NCBI GenBank assembly: GCA_031291955.1
Contig: JARLIA010000013.1
Span: forward strand, 21,512 to 85,511
DNA from: Minisyncoccota bacterium
GTDB lineage: Bacteria; Patescibacteriota; Minisyncoccia; Moranbacterales; UBA2206
Direction of reading: 5' to 3'
DNA length: 64,000 nucleotides
The notes beneath the pieces were generated by a model. That model did no database searches. It saw only the letters and a program-made list of their open reading frames with translations, and was not told the origin of the DNA. This document shows positions 9,608-18,549 of the stretch, in pieces; the stretch's first letter is position 1; every line of letters starts with the position of its first letter. Position numbers and translations under genes: made by a program.

Positions 9608-9913
9608 TTATTTCTTATCGGAAAGTGTCAGGGTGGCCCATGAGAAAATGATTATGACGGCGCCGACGATGGCATAACCCGCTCCGTTACCATATCCTGT
9701 GGCGCGGCCGATGATTTGGGCCAGGCCGACCAAAAGGAAGATAAATCCAAGTATCAGAACAATTGAGGCGATTGTTTTTTTGACGGCCGTTCCGAAAGCT
9801 CTTTTTATTTTTGCTTGCAGGTCTTTTACGAAAGAAATCGTAAAATATTCCAGCAGTCCCGAAAAAATCTCACTGGTTTTTTTGGATTTGGAATTGTTTT
9901 TTTGTTCGGTCAT
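9608..9913 (-). CDS. small 2-TM membrane protein, YqjE/DUF1469 (holin-X-like) family (tentative)
   Basis: 101 aa, two hydrophobic helices. Sits immediately upstream of the YqjD-like gene, mirroring the yqjD-yqjE pairing. Assignment is architecture-level only. Confidence 0.3.
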   Translation of the reverse strand: MTEQKNNSKSKKTSEIFSGLLEYFTISFVKDLQAKIKRAFGTAVKKTIASIVLILGFIFLLVGLAQIIGRATGYGNGAGYAIVGAVIIIFSWATLTLSDKK

Positions 9914-10010
9914 AATTTTGTCGGCGTTTCAATTTTCTTTATTTTAGTATAGCACACTTTTTAAAATCCATTAACACTTTCGGACCCGCGGCGTATAAGC
10001 TTTCGGCGCT

Positions 10011-10039
10011 TTGACCTTTTGGCGCCGATGTTTTAGAAT
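10011..10039 (+). promoter_or_regulatory. sigma70-like promoter TTGACC-17 bp-TAGAAT upstream of the GT-C paralog array
   Basis: -35 hexamer at 10011..10016 and -10 hexamer at 10034..10039 with a 17-bp spacer, 45 bp upstream of ATG 10085. Confidence 0.4.
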
Positions 10040-10084
10040 TAAATAAGCCTATTGAGCGCCTTGTTATTTATAAGTACAAAAAAT

Positions 10085-11845
10085 ATGTTTGAAAATTTCT
10101 TAGCTAAAAAATACGTCGTGCCGGCGATCCTGCTTCTCATTATGTTCGGGGCTTTTGCGGTGCGCTTTTATCATTATGACACCTGGCTCTATTTCAAGAT
10201 GGACCAGTCGCGGGACGCTTTCACTATTTCCAATGCTGTCAAAAACGGTCCGGGAAATCTACCGCTTCTTGGAGCGCGAGCCGGCGCCACCAAAGTGACC
10301 TACGGATTCCTCCATCTCGGGCCGGTCTTTTATTATTTCCAATACCTTTCGGGCGTTATTTTCCATTCGACTTCTCCGCAAGTCTTCGCTTATCCCGATC
10401 TATTCTTTTCCATCGCCGTCCTGCCGCTCTTGTATATTTTTTTGCGCCTTTATTTCTCCCGTCTCAATTCTTTGCTGATTGTTGCGATGTACGCTTTCTC
10501 GTTTCTCGTCATTGAATATTCCCGCTTCGCCTGGAATCCGAATTCGTTGCCGTTTTTCACTATCTTGAGTTTTTACGGCCTGTTGAAATTTCTTCACGAG
10601 CCGGAGGAAAAAAAACGCAAATGGTGGCTCATTCTTTGGGCGATCGGACTCACGGTCGGATCGCAGCTTCACTTCATGGGTTTCTTTTCCTTAGTGGGAA
10701 TCTCGGCGCTTTTGTTTTTCTTCCACTACGAACTTTGGAAAAAAGAAAATATACGCGGCGTTTTTCAGGAAAATAATTTTCGCGTATTGGCCCTTTACGC
10801 GGGTCTGGCCTTTTTGGTGGTGCTGATTTTTTACGCCCCGGTCATCATCAGCGATTCCATGAAAAACTGGGCCAACACCAAAGATTTTTTTCAGGCTTTC
10901 TCCACTAAACAGGGAAATCGACCCATCACGACCCGGGCGATCATTGGTCTTCAGTCCCAGATTGAATATTACGTCATGATTTTTACGTCTTACATTATCA
11001 CCAAAGGCAGTAATAATACTTACGGCTCATTGCTATCCATTTTGATCGGCGCTCTGTTTGTCGGCGGCAGTTATCTGATCTATAAATTTTTCAAAGAGAC
11101 CAAGGACAATCTGCGGAAAGATTTTCTACTTCTGGTTTTTCTGTGGTTTTTCATCTTTTTGCTGATCACCATCCCGGTGGCCACGCAAATCGAACCGCGC
11201 TATTTCATTTTCACCTTTGCCGTGCCGTTTATCTTCTTGGGATTTTTTTTCGAGTTTTCCGAAAGAAGATTGCCTGAATATTCCACGGGAATCGCTATAG
11301 CCGTGACAGTCGTAATCCTTTTGGCTAACGCGTCCGGCACGTCGGCCTGGTTTTCCGAGCAGGCCAAATCGCAAAAGGAGCATCTGACGATTCATCGGAC
11401 TTTGATCTTAAAAACTAAAGACGGGGTGACGCTCGGCCAGTTGCAAGGTGTGGCCGATTATATCTATCAAAACCGGATCCCCAGCGACCGGATCTATTTT
11501 TACGTCAAACCCGAACACGTCCGGCCGCTTAATTATCTTTTCTTTGAAAAAAACGACAAGTCTTTCAACTATTATTCTTTCAAACTGAACGGCGATCCAT
11601 TGGCGCAATATTTCATCGTTTTGCCGTCCGATTATGCAGAGAGTGAAGTAGCGGCCAAAATTAATATCAACCAGCCGATGAATATAATTTCCATGCAGAA
11701 ATTCGGCCAGCTGGCCGTCTGGCAGGTCACTTTTCCGGGACGAACAGTGGACGGCAATTTCCAAGCCAAGTCCAAAGACTCGAATGTGGAATCGGACCGG
11801 GTTTATTGGAAAGATGTTTTCGGGACGAAGAAACCTAAAAATTAA
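10085..11845 (+). CDS. GT-C fold membrane glycosyltransferase paralog 1 (ArnT/PMT-like)
   Basis: Shares the family N-terminal motifs with paralogs 2-6. These are the first-loop ...W..FxxDQ(A/S)RDA motif, HLGPxYYYF, AYPDL/V..FSI..IPLLY and SRFAWNPNS, plus a QLH block. More than 10 TM helices, then a roughly 250-aa soluble C-terminal domain. The ATG at 10085 is preferred over the ORF-track start at 10052. Confidence 0.6.
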   Translation: MFENFLAKKYVVPAILLLIMFGAFAVRFYHYDTWLYFKMDQSRDAFTISNAVKNGPGNLPLLGARAGATKVTYGFLHLGPVFYYFQYLSGVIFHSTSPQVFAYPDLFFSIAVLPLLYIFLRLYFSRLNSLLIVAMYAFSFLVIEYSRFAWNPNSLPFFTILSFYGLLKFLHEPEEKKRKWWLILWAIGLTVGSQLHFMGFFSLVGISALLFFFHYELWKKENIRGVFQENNFRVLALYAGLAFLVVLIFYAPVIISDSMKNWANTKDFFQAFSTKQGNRPITTRAIIGLQSQIEYYVMIFTSYIITKGSNNTYGSLLSILIGALFVGGSYLIYKFFKETKDNLRKDFLLLVFLWFFIFLLITIPVATQIEPRYFIFTFAVPFIFLGFFFEFSERRLPEYSTGIAIAVTVVILLANASGTSAWFSEQAKSQKEHLTIHRTLILKTKDGVTLGQLQGVADYIYQNRIPSDRIYFYVKPEHVRPLNYLFFEKNDKSFNYYSFKLNGDPLAQYFIVLPSDYAESEVAAKININQPMNIISMQKFGQLAVWQVTFPGRTVDGNFQAKSKDSNVESDRVYWKDVFGTKKPKN

Positions 11846-11876
11846 ACGGTCCATTCGAGATTAGCTCAGGCCCGAC

Positions 11877-13517
11877 ATGACTATTGGAATGGAAAAAATA
11901 AAAAAGAAGATAAAAAAAATTCCGACAAGTATTTTGATTCTGACGGTAATTGTTCTAGTTGGGATTTTCTTGCGGACCCATAATTTCCACGCTTGGTTGG
12001 AATTTGACAACGACCAGGCGCGGGATGCGGCTTTGGTGAGCGACGTCGTGACCGGAAAAACCGCTTGGCCACTGCTTGGACCGACAATGAAAGGAACAAA
12101 CGATTCTTCGGAAAATCTGTTCCATGTTGGGCCGATGTATTATTATTTTGAAATTATTTCTGCCAAAATATTCGGCAATTATCCGGACAAGCTGGCCTAT
12201 CCGGATCTGATCTTTTCCATTCTGACCATCCCACTCTTTTATTATTTTTTGAAAAAATATTTCAGCGCCAATTTATCTTTGGCTCTCGCCGGTCTTTGGA
12301 CTTTTTCCTATTTCGCCATCAAATTTTCCCGCTTCGCCTGGAACACCAATTCCATGCCGTTTTTTATTTTGCTTTTTCTTTTGGGACTGGGAGAATTTTT
12401 GTTCCGGCGGGAAAAAACTTCCTGGTGGTGGGCGCTGGCTTTGGGGATCGCGCTCGGTGTGGGAGTGCAGCTTCACGCTATGCTTCTGGTTATGTTTCCG
12501 TTTTTTTGCTTGGGCGGATTTTTTCTGACTGTCAAAAGCGGAAAGGGGATGTGGCTGCGCTGGGGAAGCGTTCTTCTTATCGCGCTGGTTCTTAATGCCG
12601 GTCAGATAGTCCACGAACTCGACACAAATTTCCAAAACACGTATGCTTTTTTCCAGAACGCCAACGATCGTTCCGGATCTAGGGCGGATAAGTTTTCCCA
12701 GACGTTCGCTCTGGACGCGGCGTGCCATGTCCAATCCAACGCGTTCATGCCTTCCGCCCTTGGCGACAAGGACCATTGCAATTTTTTGAAGACCGCGGCG
12801 GGTTGGGTGGCTTTGGATTATGATTCCTATTGGCAGCTCGGATTCATTCTGGCGGCGCTGGCCTTTTCTTTGTTCGGCTATGCGGCATTGGTTCGGAATT
12901 TTTTGAAGGAAACCGACCGCGAGCGGAAAATATTTTTCGGACTGGCTCTTGGTTATATAATTCTCTTTTTCATTATCATGTTCGCTTCCATCCAAGAAGC
13001 GCCACTCCGCTATTTTCTTCCGTCTTTTTTTGTGCCTTATTTATTCCTGGGATTTTTGATCCAAGCCGGACAAAAGAAATATCCGCGCCGATATTTCCCG
13101 GTCGTGGCGCTGGGACTCGCGATCCTCCTGGCTCTGAACGTGATTTATCTCTTGACTGTCATTTCCCAGCTCGAGGCCAAGGACCGAAGCGGGAGCAGCG
13201 ACGTTATCTTGGGCGAGCTGGAATCGATGCGCGATTACATCATCACGACCGCCGCGCCGAGCAAGACTGCGTATTTTTCCGGCGGATCCCATTACGTTTT
13301 TCGTTTTCTCCGGCCGCTCCAATATTTGGCTGGCAAGGACAATTTCTCGATTAAGCAAGAACCCCAACTGTTTGCTAGTATGAAACCAGGAGAACCGGTA
13401 TTTTACATTTATGCCAGCTATCCCCGGAAAAAATTAACCGCAATCAAGGGGATGCCGATCGTGACTTACAAAAATTTCGGCCAAGTGGCCGTGTACGAAG
13501 TGATTAAGACGAAATAA
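11877..13517 (+). CDS. GT-C fold membrane glycosyltransferase paralog 2
   Basis: Motifs FLRTHNFHAWLEFDNDQARDA, HVGPMYYYF, YPDKLAYPDLIFSIL, SRFAWNTNS and QLHA; 31 bp after paralog 1. Confidence 0.6.
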   Translation: MTIGMEKIKKKIKKIPTSILILTVIVLVGIFLRTHNFHAWLEFDNDQARDAALVSDVVTGKTAWPLLGPTMKGTNDSSENLFHVGPMYYYFEIISAKIFGNYPDKLAYPDLIFSILTIPLFYYFLKKYFSANLSLALAGLWTFSYFAIKFSRFAWNTNSMPFFILLFLLGLGEFLFRREKTSWWWALALGIALGVGVQLHAMLLVMFPFFCLGGFFLTVKSGKGMWLRWGSVLLIALVLNAGQIVHELDTNFQNTYAFFQNANDRSGSRADKFSQTFALDAACHVQSNAFMPSALGDKDHCNFLKTAAGWVALDYDSYWQLGFILAALAFSLFGYAALVRNFLKETDRERKIFFGLALGYIILFFIIMFASIQEAPLRYFLPSFFVPYLFLGFLIQAGQKKYPRRYFPVVALGLAILLALNVIYLLTVISQLEAKDRSGSSDVILGELESMRDYIITTAAPSKTAYFSGGSHYVFRFLRPLQYLAGKDNFSIKQEPQLFASMKPGEPVFYIYASYPRKKLTAIKGMPIVTYKNFGQVAVYEVIKTK

Positions 13518-13539
13518 AAAATAAGATCCGATTGCCGTT

Positions 13540-15222
13540 ATGTTTTTTCAAATTCAAAAAAATATAAAAAAAAATTCCGCGGCCGGGTGGATTCTTTTGG
13601 CAATTTTTGTTGTCGGCGTTTTTTTGCGGACTTATAATTTTCACGCCTGGCTGGAATTTCGAAGCGACCAGGCGAGAGATGCGTACCGGACCGACCAGGT
13701 GGTTTCAGGAGAAAAGCCTTGGCCGCTTGTGGGGCCGTTTTTGAGCCATTCCGGTCCCACCGAAGACGAGTCGTTCCATGTTGGTCCGATCTATTATTAT
13801 TTCCAGATAATTTCCGCCGAAATTTTCGGCAGCTATCCCGACAAACTGGCCTATCCTGATGTCTTTTTTGCTATCTTGTCCATCCCGCTTTTCTATTTGT
13901 TTTTGCGGGAATACTTCGGCAAAAATGTTTCACTGGGGCTTACCGGGCTGTATTCCATCGGCGCTTATATTATCCGCTATTCCCGTTTTGCTTGGAGCTG
14001 CAATTCGATTCCGTTTTTCGTTTTGTTGTTTTTGCTGTCTCTTTTCAAGCTGTGGGACAAAAACGAAAAAACCGCCTGGGCTTGGGCGGTCGCGCTGGGA
14101 GTCGCCTGGGGAGTCGGGTTTCAACTGCACGCCCTGACGATGATCGCTTTTTCCGGCACGGCTTTTTTGGTTTTTATTTTTTCAATGAGGAAAAATCCCG
14201 CAACTTGGAAAAAATGGTCCGTGGTTTTGGCGATATTTGTTCTTTTGAACTCGGCTCAAGTTGTCGGTGAAATAAAAACCAATTTTGAAAACACCCGGGC
14301 TCTTTCGCGTTTTCTTTTTCAGAACGGTTCCGCGGATAACCCGAGTGGTCTCGACAGTTCGAATCCCATCAATCACGCCGGCGTTTCCACTTTGTTGAAA
14401 AACGACATCGATTGCAGCCTGGAGGCCAATTTTTTGTACCTGTCGTCTTACAATGACGTCGCTTTCGGCCGCGAAAATTGTCAGGGAAATTATTGGAAAC
14501 TTTTTTCGCGGAGCAATACGAAAAAACATTCAAAAGTATCTTGGATAAAGATCGGCGATGTGGTTCTTTTTTCCAGTCTTGTTTTTTCCCTCGTTGGCTA
14601 TTTTCTTCTGTTGTTCTATGATAAAAAAGAACCAAATGAAAGAAAGCGGCGTTTTCTGCACCTGCTTGTTCTGTATACAGGCTTGGCGTTTTTGCTCATG
14701 CTGCCTCTGAGCAGCGGAAAATTCGGCGATTTGAGATATTTCAGTCTTCTTTTTTTCTTGCCCTTTTTGTTTTTAGGGCTTATCGCAAAACTTCTCTTCG
14801 AAAAAGTCGCTCCAAAATATATTGCAATACCGGTTGCGGCTGTAATTTTTTCCTTGTTTGCGGCTTCCAATGTTTCGGCGATAACTTATCGGCTTTCAAT
14901 ACTTTCCAAAAAAGAAGGCATGGACTCCGGCACGGCTGTCCTGGGAGAAATGGAAGACACGCTTGATTATGCGATTTCCCATTCAAACGGGCAGAAAAAA
15001 ATATATCTAGGAGGGAACCGTTCTTTAACGGCCCATTCTTTCGACTCTTTGCAATATCTGGCCGGGAAACAAAATGTGGGGCTGATAAAATTCGGCGACA
15101 AAGATAAACTGGACCCGGCCAAGAAACCGGCCTTCTGTGTTGATGATAAAATAGATAAAAAAGAGGCCGTTTACGGTTATAAAAAAGTGGGCAACGTTTA
15201 TATTTATCAGATAAACAAATGA
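13540..15222 (+). CDS. GT-C fold membrane glycosyltransferase paralog 3
   Basis: Motifs FLRTYNFHAWLEFRSDQARDA, HVGPIYYYF, SRFAWSCNS and QLHA; 22 bp after paralog 2. Confidence 0.6.
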   Translation: MFFQIQKNIKKNSAAGWILLAIFVVGVFLRTYNFHAWLEFRSDQARDAYRTDQVVSGEKPWPLVGPFLSHSGPTEDESFHVGPIYYYFQIISAEIFGSYPDKLAYPDVFFAILSIPLFYLFLREYFGKNVSLGLTGLYSIGAYIIRYSRFAWSCNSIPFFVLLFLLSLFKLWDKNEKTAWAWAVALGVAWGVGFQLHALTMIAFSGTAFLVFIFSMRKNPATWKKWSVVLAIFVLLNSAQVVGEIKTNFENTRALSRFLFQNGSADNPSGLDSSNPINHAGVSTLLKNDIDCSLEANFLYLSSYNDVAFGRENCQGNYWKLFSRSNTKKHSKVSWIKIGDVVLFSSLVFSLVGYFLLLFYDKKEPNERKRRFLHLLVLYTGLAFLLMLPLSSGKFGDLRYFSLLFFLPFLFLGLIAKLLFEKVAPKYIAIPVAAVIFSLFAASNVSAITYRLSILSKKEGMDSGTAVLGEMEDTLDYAISHSNGQKKIYLGGNRSLTAHSFDSLQYLAGKQNVGLIKFGDKDKLDPAKKPAFCVDDKIDKKEAVYGYKKVGNVYIYQINK

Positions 15223-16857
15223 AAAATTATCTTAAAAATGTTACGGCCCGTGCTTGGATCCTTTTGGTGATCATGGCTGTTGGAATATTTCTGCGTGCTT
15301 GGCATTTTCATGACTGGCTGCGTTTCAGCGAGGACCAATCACGGGATGCTGGCATAATAAGCAATGTTATTAAAGGTGAAAGTCCGTTGCCGCTTTTGGG
15401 ACCCGTGGCTGGCGGTACGTTTTTCCATTTGGGTCCGGCTTATTATTATTTTTCCATTGTTAGCTCTAAGCTGTTTGGGGACTATCCGGACAGGATGGCT
15501 TATCCGGTTTTGTTTTTTTCCATTTTGGCCATCCCGCTGCTTTATTTGTTTTTGAAGGAATATTTCAGTTGGCGAATTTCGTTGGCTGTAACGGCAGTAG
15601 CGAGTGTTTCGTATTTTTCTGTCGTGAGCTCGCGTTTTTCCTCTAATCCCAATCTGGCGCCGTTTTTTGTGTTGGCTTTTCTGTATTCCTTTTTGAAATT
15701 GCTTAATGATAAAGAGCGCGCGTCTTTTTGGTGGCCGGCCGCGATCGGAACCGTGTTGGGAATCGGCATCCAGATCCACACCACGCTTCTGGTTATTTTG
15801 CCGATTTTTACCCTGCTGATGCTGGCGTATCTCATAAAAAAGACCGGCTGGCGGGCGGTGCGCTATGCGTTGGTAATCATAGTTTTATCTTTGGCGATGA
15901 ACGCGCCGCAGATCGCAAGCGAAATCGAAACCCGCGGCCAGAACACTATTCAGTTTTTCGGCGGCTTGGGCCTGAAAGGGAGTTCTTCCGGTAGTGGCCT
16001 GGCTCAGGGTGCTCTGACTGCCGCACTTTGCCAAGCCAAAGCCAACTCCTATTTCATTTCTTCTTTTCCCGCTGCCCAGACCTGCTCGTCCGGCATAGAT
16101 TTCGATCTTGAAAAAGGCGCCAAGGAAGTGTTTGGCGGCATTAAGGACCGCTCCTTCCGGCAAAACGTCTATCTGGCCGACGTTTCATTTTTGTTTCTTT
16201 TTTCCATTGGGGGGTTATTTTTTGTTGATTTATAATCTTTTAAAAGAAAAAGACGCCCGGAAGAATAATTTTCTCGCGCTGGTCGCTCTTTTCAATTTCG
16301 TTTCGTATATTTTAATCATCCCTGTCATTTCCTCCATGGCCGTGAGCTATTTCATCATTCTGCTTTTCGTGCCGTTTGTGCTGCTTGGATTGATGTTTCG
16401 ATATATCGAAGAGAATATGAAACTGTCTGGAATAGGATTGATTTTATTTTTAGCGGCTGTCCTGATGATTTTTTCGCTGCAGGCGGAAAAGAGCGACGCG
16501 GATCTTTATGTTGCTCGCCTTGACAACAACGTGGAAAACAGCGACCTGGGAGCGATTGAGGATATCTCCGCCTACATTCTGGATAATTCGTCTTTTGCTC
16601 CGAAGATTTATTTGAGTGGCAGAAAAGATTATTTGAACCGGTTCTCCGGCTCGCTTACGTACATGATTGGACGGCAGGGAAGGCAGCTGGTATCATTGGA
16701 CATAAGCGATTCCGACACTCTCCGCTCCGGCCAGACATTTTTCTATGTCCAAAAAAGCGGGAAGGGGAGTGTGACTCGCAATGAAGAGATCGGGGGATAC
16801 GCGGCTGTTGACGGTGAAAGAATCGGCGGCGTGGAAATTTATATTTTGAAAAAATAA
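15219..16857 (+). pseudogene. GT-C glycosyltransferase paralog 4, interrupted by a frameshift (ORFs 15219..16235 and 16108..16857)
   Basis: The N-terminal ORF carries the family motifs (FSEDQSRDA, HLGPAYYYF, SRFSSNPN). Homology to paralog 5 continues in the second ORF's frame from about 16200: GGYFLLIYNLLKEKDARKNNF aligns with GYYFLIYNFVREKENGRKNF. The frame change maps to a G6 run at 16209..16214. Confidence 0.6.
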
Positions 16858-16870
16858 TGTTTTCGAAATT

Positions 16871-18469
16871 ATGAAATCGATTCCGGACAAAATTAAAAAT
16901 ATCTCGAAATATTTTTGGGTTTTCCTGGCTATTTTTCTGGTCGGTGTTTTTCTCCGTACGTATAAATTCCATGATTGGATGCGTTTTTCTATGGACCAGG
17001 CGAGAGATGCCGCCATCATCAGTAATGCTGTTGCCGGGAAAGCACCCTTGCCGTCCCTTGGGCCAGATGCTGGAAACACTAAGTTTTTGCTCGGGCCGAT
17101 GTATTACGATTTGTCTTATCTCAGCGCTAAAATATTCGGAAATTATCCCGACAAGATGGCCTATCCCAGCCTGGCTTCCGGCATCTTAGCTATTTTGTTC
17201 CTATTCTTTTTTCTTCGCGAATATTTCGACCAAAAAATCTCGCTGGCGCTTACGGGAATCATGAGTGTTTCATATTTCATGATCGACACATCCCGTTTTT
17301 CATCGAACCCTAATCTGGTGCCGCTTTTTGTCATTCTGTTTCTCTGGGGGTTGCTGAAAATTATCAATGACCCGCGGGAATTTCATCCCGGCTGGAGCGC
17401 TCTGGTCGGTTTTGCCCTGGGCATGGGGGTCCAGATGCACGCCATCACTTTGGTGGTGATGCCGGTTTTCGGTCTTTTAGCTCTGGTTTATTTTTGGAAA
17501 GTAGGCGGAAAGGGGATGGGAAAAAGTTTGATCATAATTATCGCGTTAGCTTTGCTTTTCAACATCGGGCAGATCACGTCGGAACTTCACACTAATTTTC
17601 AAAACACCCGGAATTTTTTCCAAGGGCTCAAGAGCAAATCAGAAAACAATTATGGGGAGGGTGCGGGTCTCATTGCTGCTTGTCAGATCGAGGCCAACGG
17701 TTATTTTCTGACTTCCATCGGTGATGACTATGATTGCGGTGATATTTTCAAAACACCCAAAGGCGGCTGGATCGCCGACAAATCTTATCTTCTGACGCTG
17801 GCTGCCTACACGCTCTTTTCGCTGACCGGTTATTATTTTTTGATTTACAATTTTGTCAGAGAAAAAGAAAATGGGCGGAAAAATTTTCTGGGACTGGTCC
17901 TTCTTTTTAATCTACTGACTTTCATCGTACTTGTAAGTGTTTCCAGCGTTATCCATGTAGGGTATTACATCGTTCTGTTTTTCATGCCGTTCGTGCTTCT
18001 GGGAATTCTTATGGAAGCAGTGCGGAATAAATACGGCCGAAAGGGAATGCTGGCGGCCGCGGTGGTCATTCTTCTTTTGATCGGGTCTTCTTTGGCAGTG
18101 GACGGCGCGATGGCTTCAAGTTATGCTCAAGGTTTACAAAACAATTCAAGCAACAGCACGCTTTTTCAAGCTGAAGCGATGGCGGATTATATCCTGACAA
18201 CCAGCCCCCAAAATGTTTCCAAGGTTTATTTCGCCGGGCAAGGGAGTTTGGCCAAACGCTACTATGACGCGACCATCTATCTTGTCCGGCAAAGCGGCCT
18301 AAATATGTCTTTGATCAAAGATGTCGACAGCCGCAGGATTGCGCCCGGAGTGCCGATTTATTACATCGCCCAAAGCGGCGCTTATCCGGTACCGGGAATG
18401 ATTGGTAACCGCCAGATAACAGCCAGTCGGCAATTTCTCAACCAGACGATTTATATTTTGAAAAACTAA
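16871..18469 (+). CDS. GT-C fold membrane glycosyltransferase paralog 5
   Basis: Motifs FLRTYKFHDWMRFSMDQARDA, LGPMYYD, YPDKMAYPSL, SRFSSNPN and QMHA. Confidence 0.6.
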   Translation: MKSIPDKIKNISKYFWVFLAIFLVGVFLRTYKFHDWMRFSMDQARDAAIISNAVAGKAPLPSLGPDAGNTKFLLGPMYYDLSYLSAKIFGNYPDKMAYPSLASGILAILFLFFFLREYFDQKISLALTGIMSVSYFMIDTSRFSSNPNLVPLFVILFLWGLLKIINDPREFHPGWSALVGFALGMGVQMHAITLVVMPVFGLLALVYFWKVGGKGMGKSLIIIIALALLFNIGQITSELHTNFQNTRNFFQGLKSKSENNYGEGAGLIAACQIEANGYFLTSIGDDYDCGDIFKTPKGGWIADKSYLLTLAAYTLFSLTGYYFLIYNFVREKENGRKNFLGLVLLFNLLTFIVLVSVSSVIHVGYYIVLFFMPFVLLGILMEAVRNKYGRKGMLAAAVVILLLIGSSLAVDGAMASSYAQGLQNNSSNSTLFQAEAMADYILTTSPQNVSKVYFAGQGSLAKRYYDATIYLVRQSGLNMSLIKDVDSRRIAPGVPIYYIAQSGAYPVPGMIGNRQITASRQFLNQTIYILKN

Positions 18470-18549
18470 GTAACTAACGCGGGGACGTGCCATGTTCCCA
18501 GTTGGAAAACAGCGTTTGGACATGGTACGTCCAAAGTCGAAGCAAGAAG

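Noticed and set aside
12273-12995. 240-aa minus-strand ORF inside GT-C paralog 2
   Set aside because: Antisense to a gene with strong family motifs; the translation is low-complexity (R/Q/K-rich). Shadow ORF.
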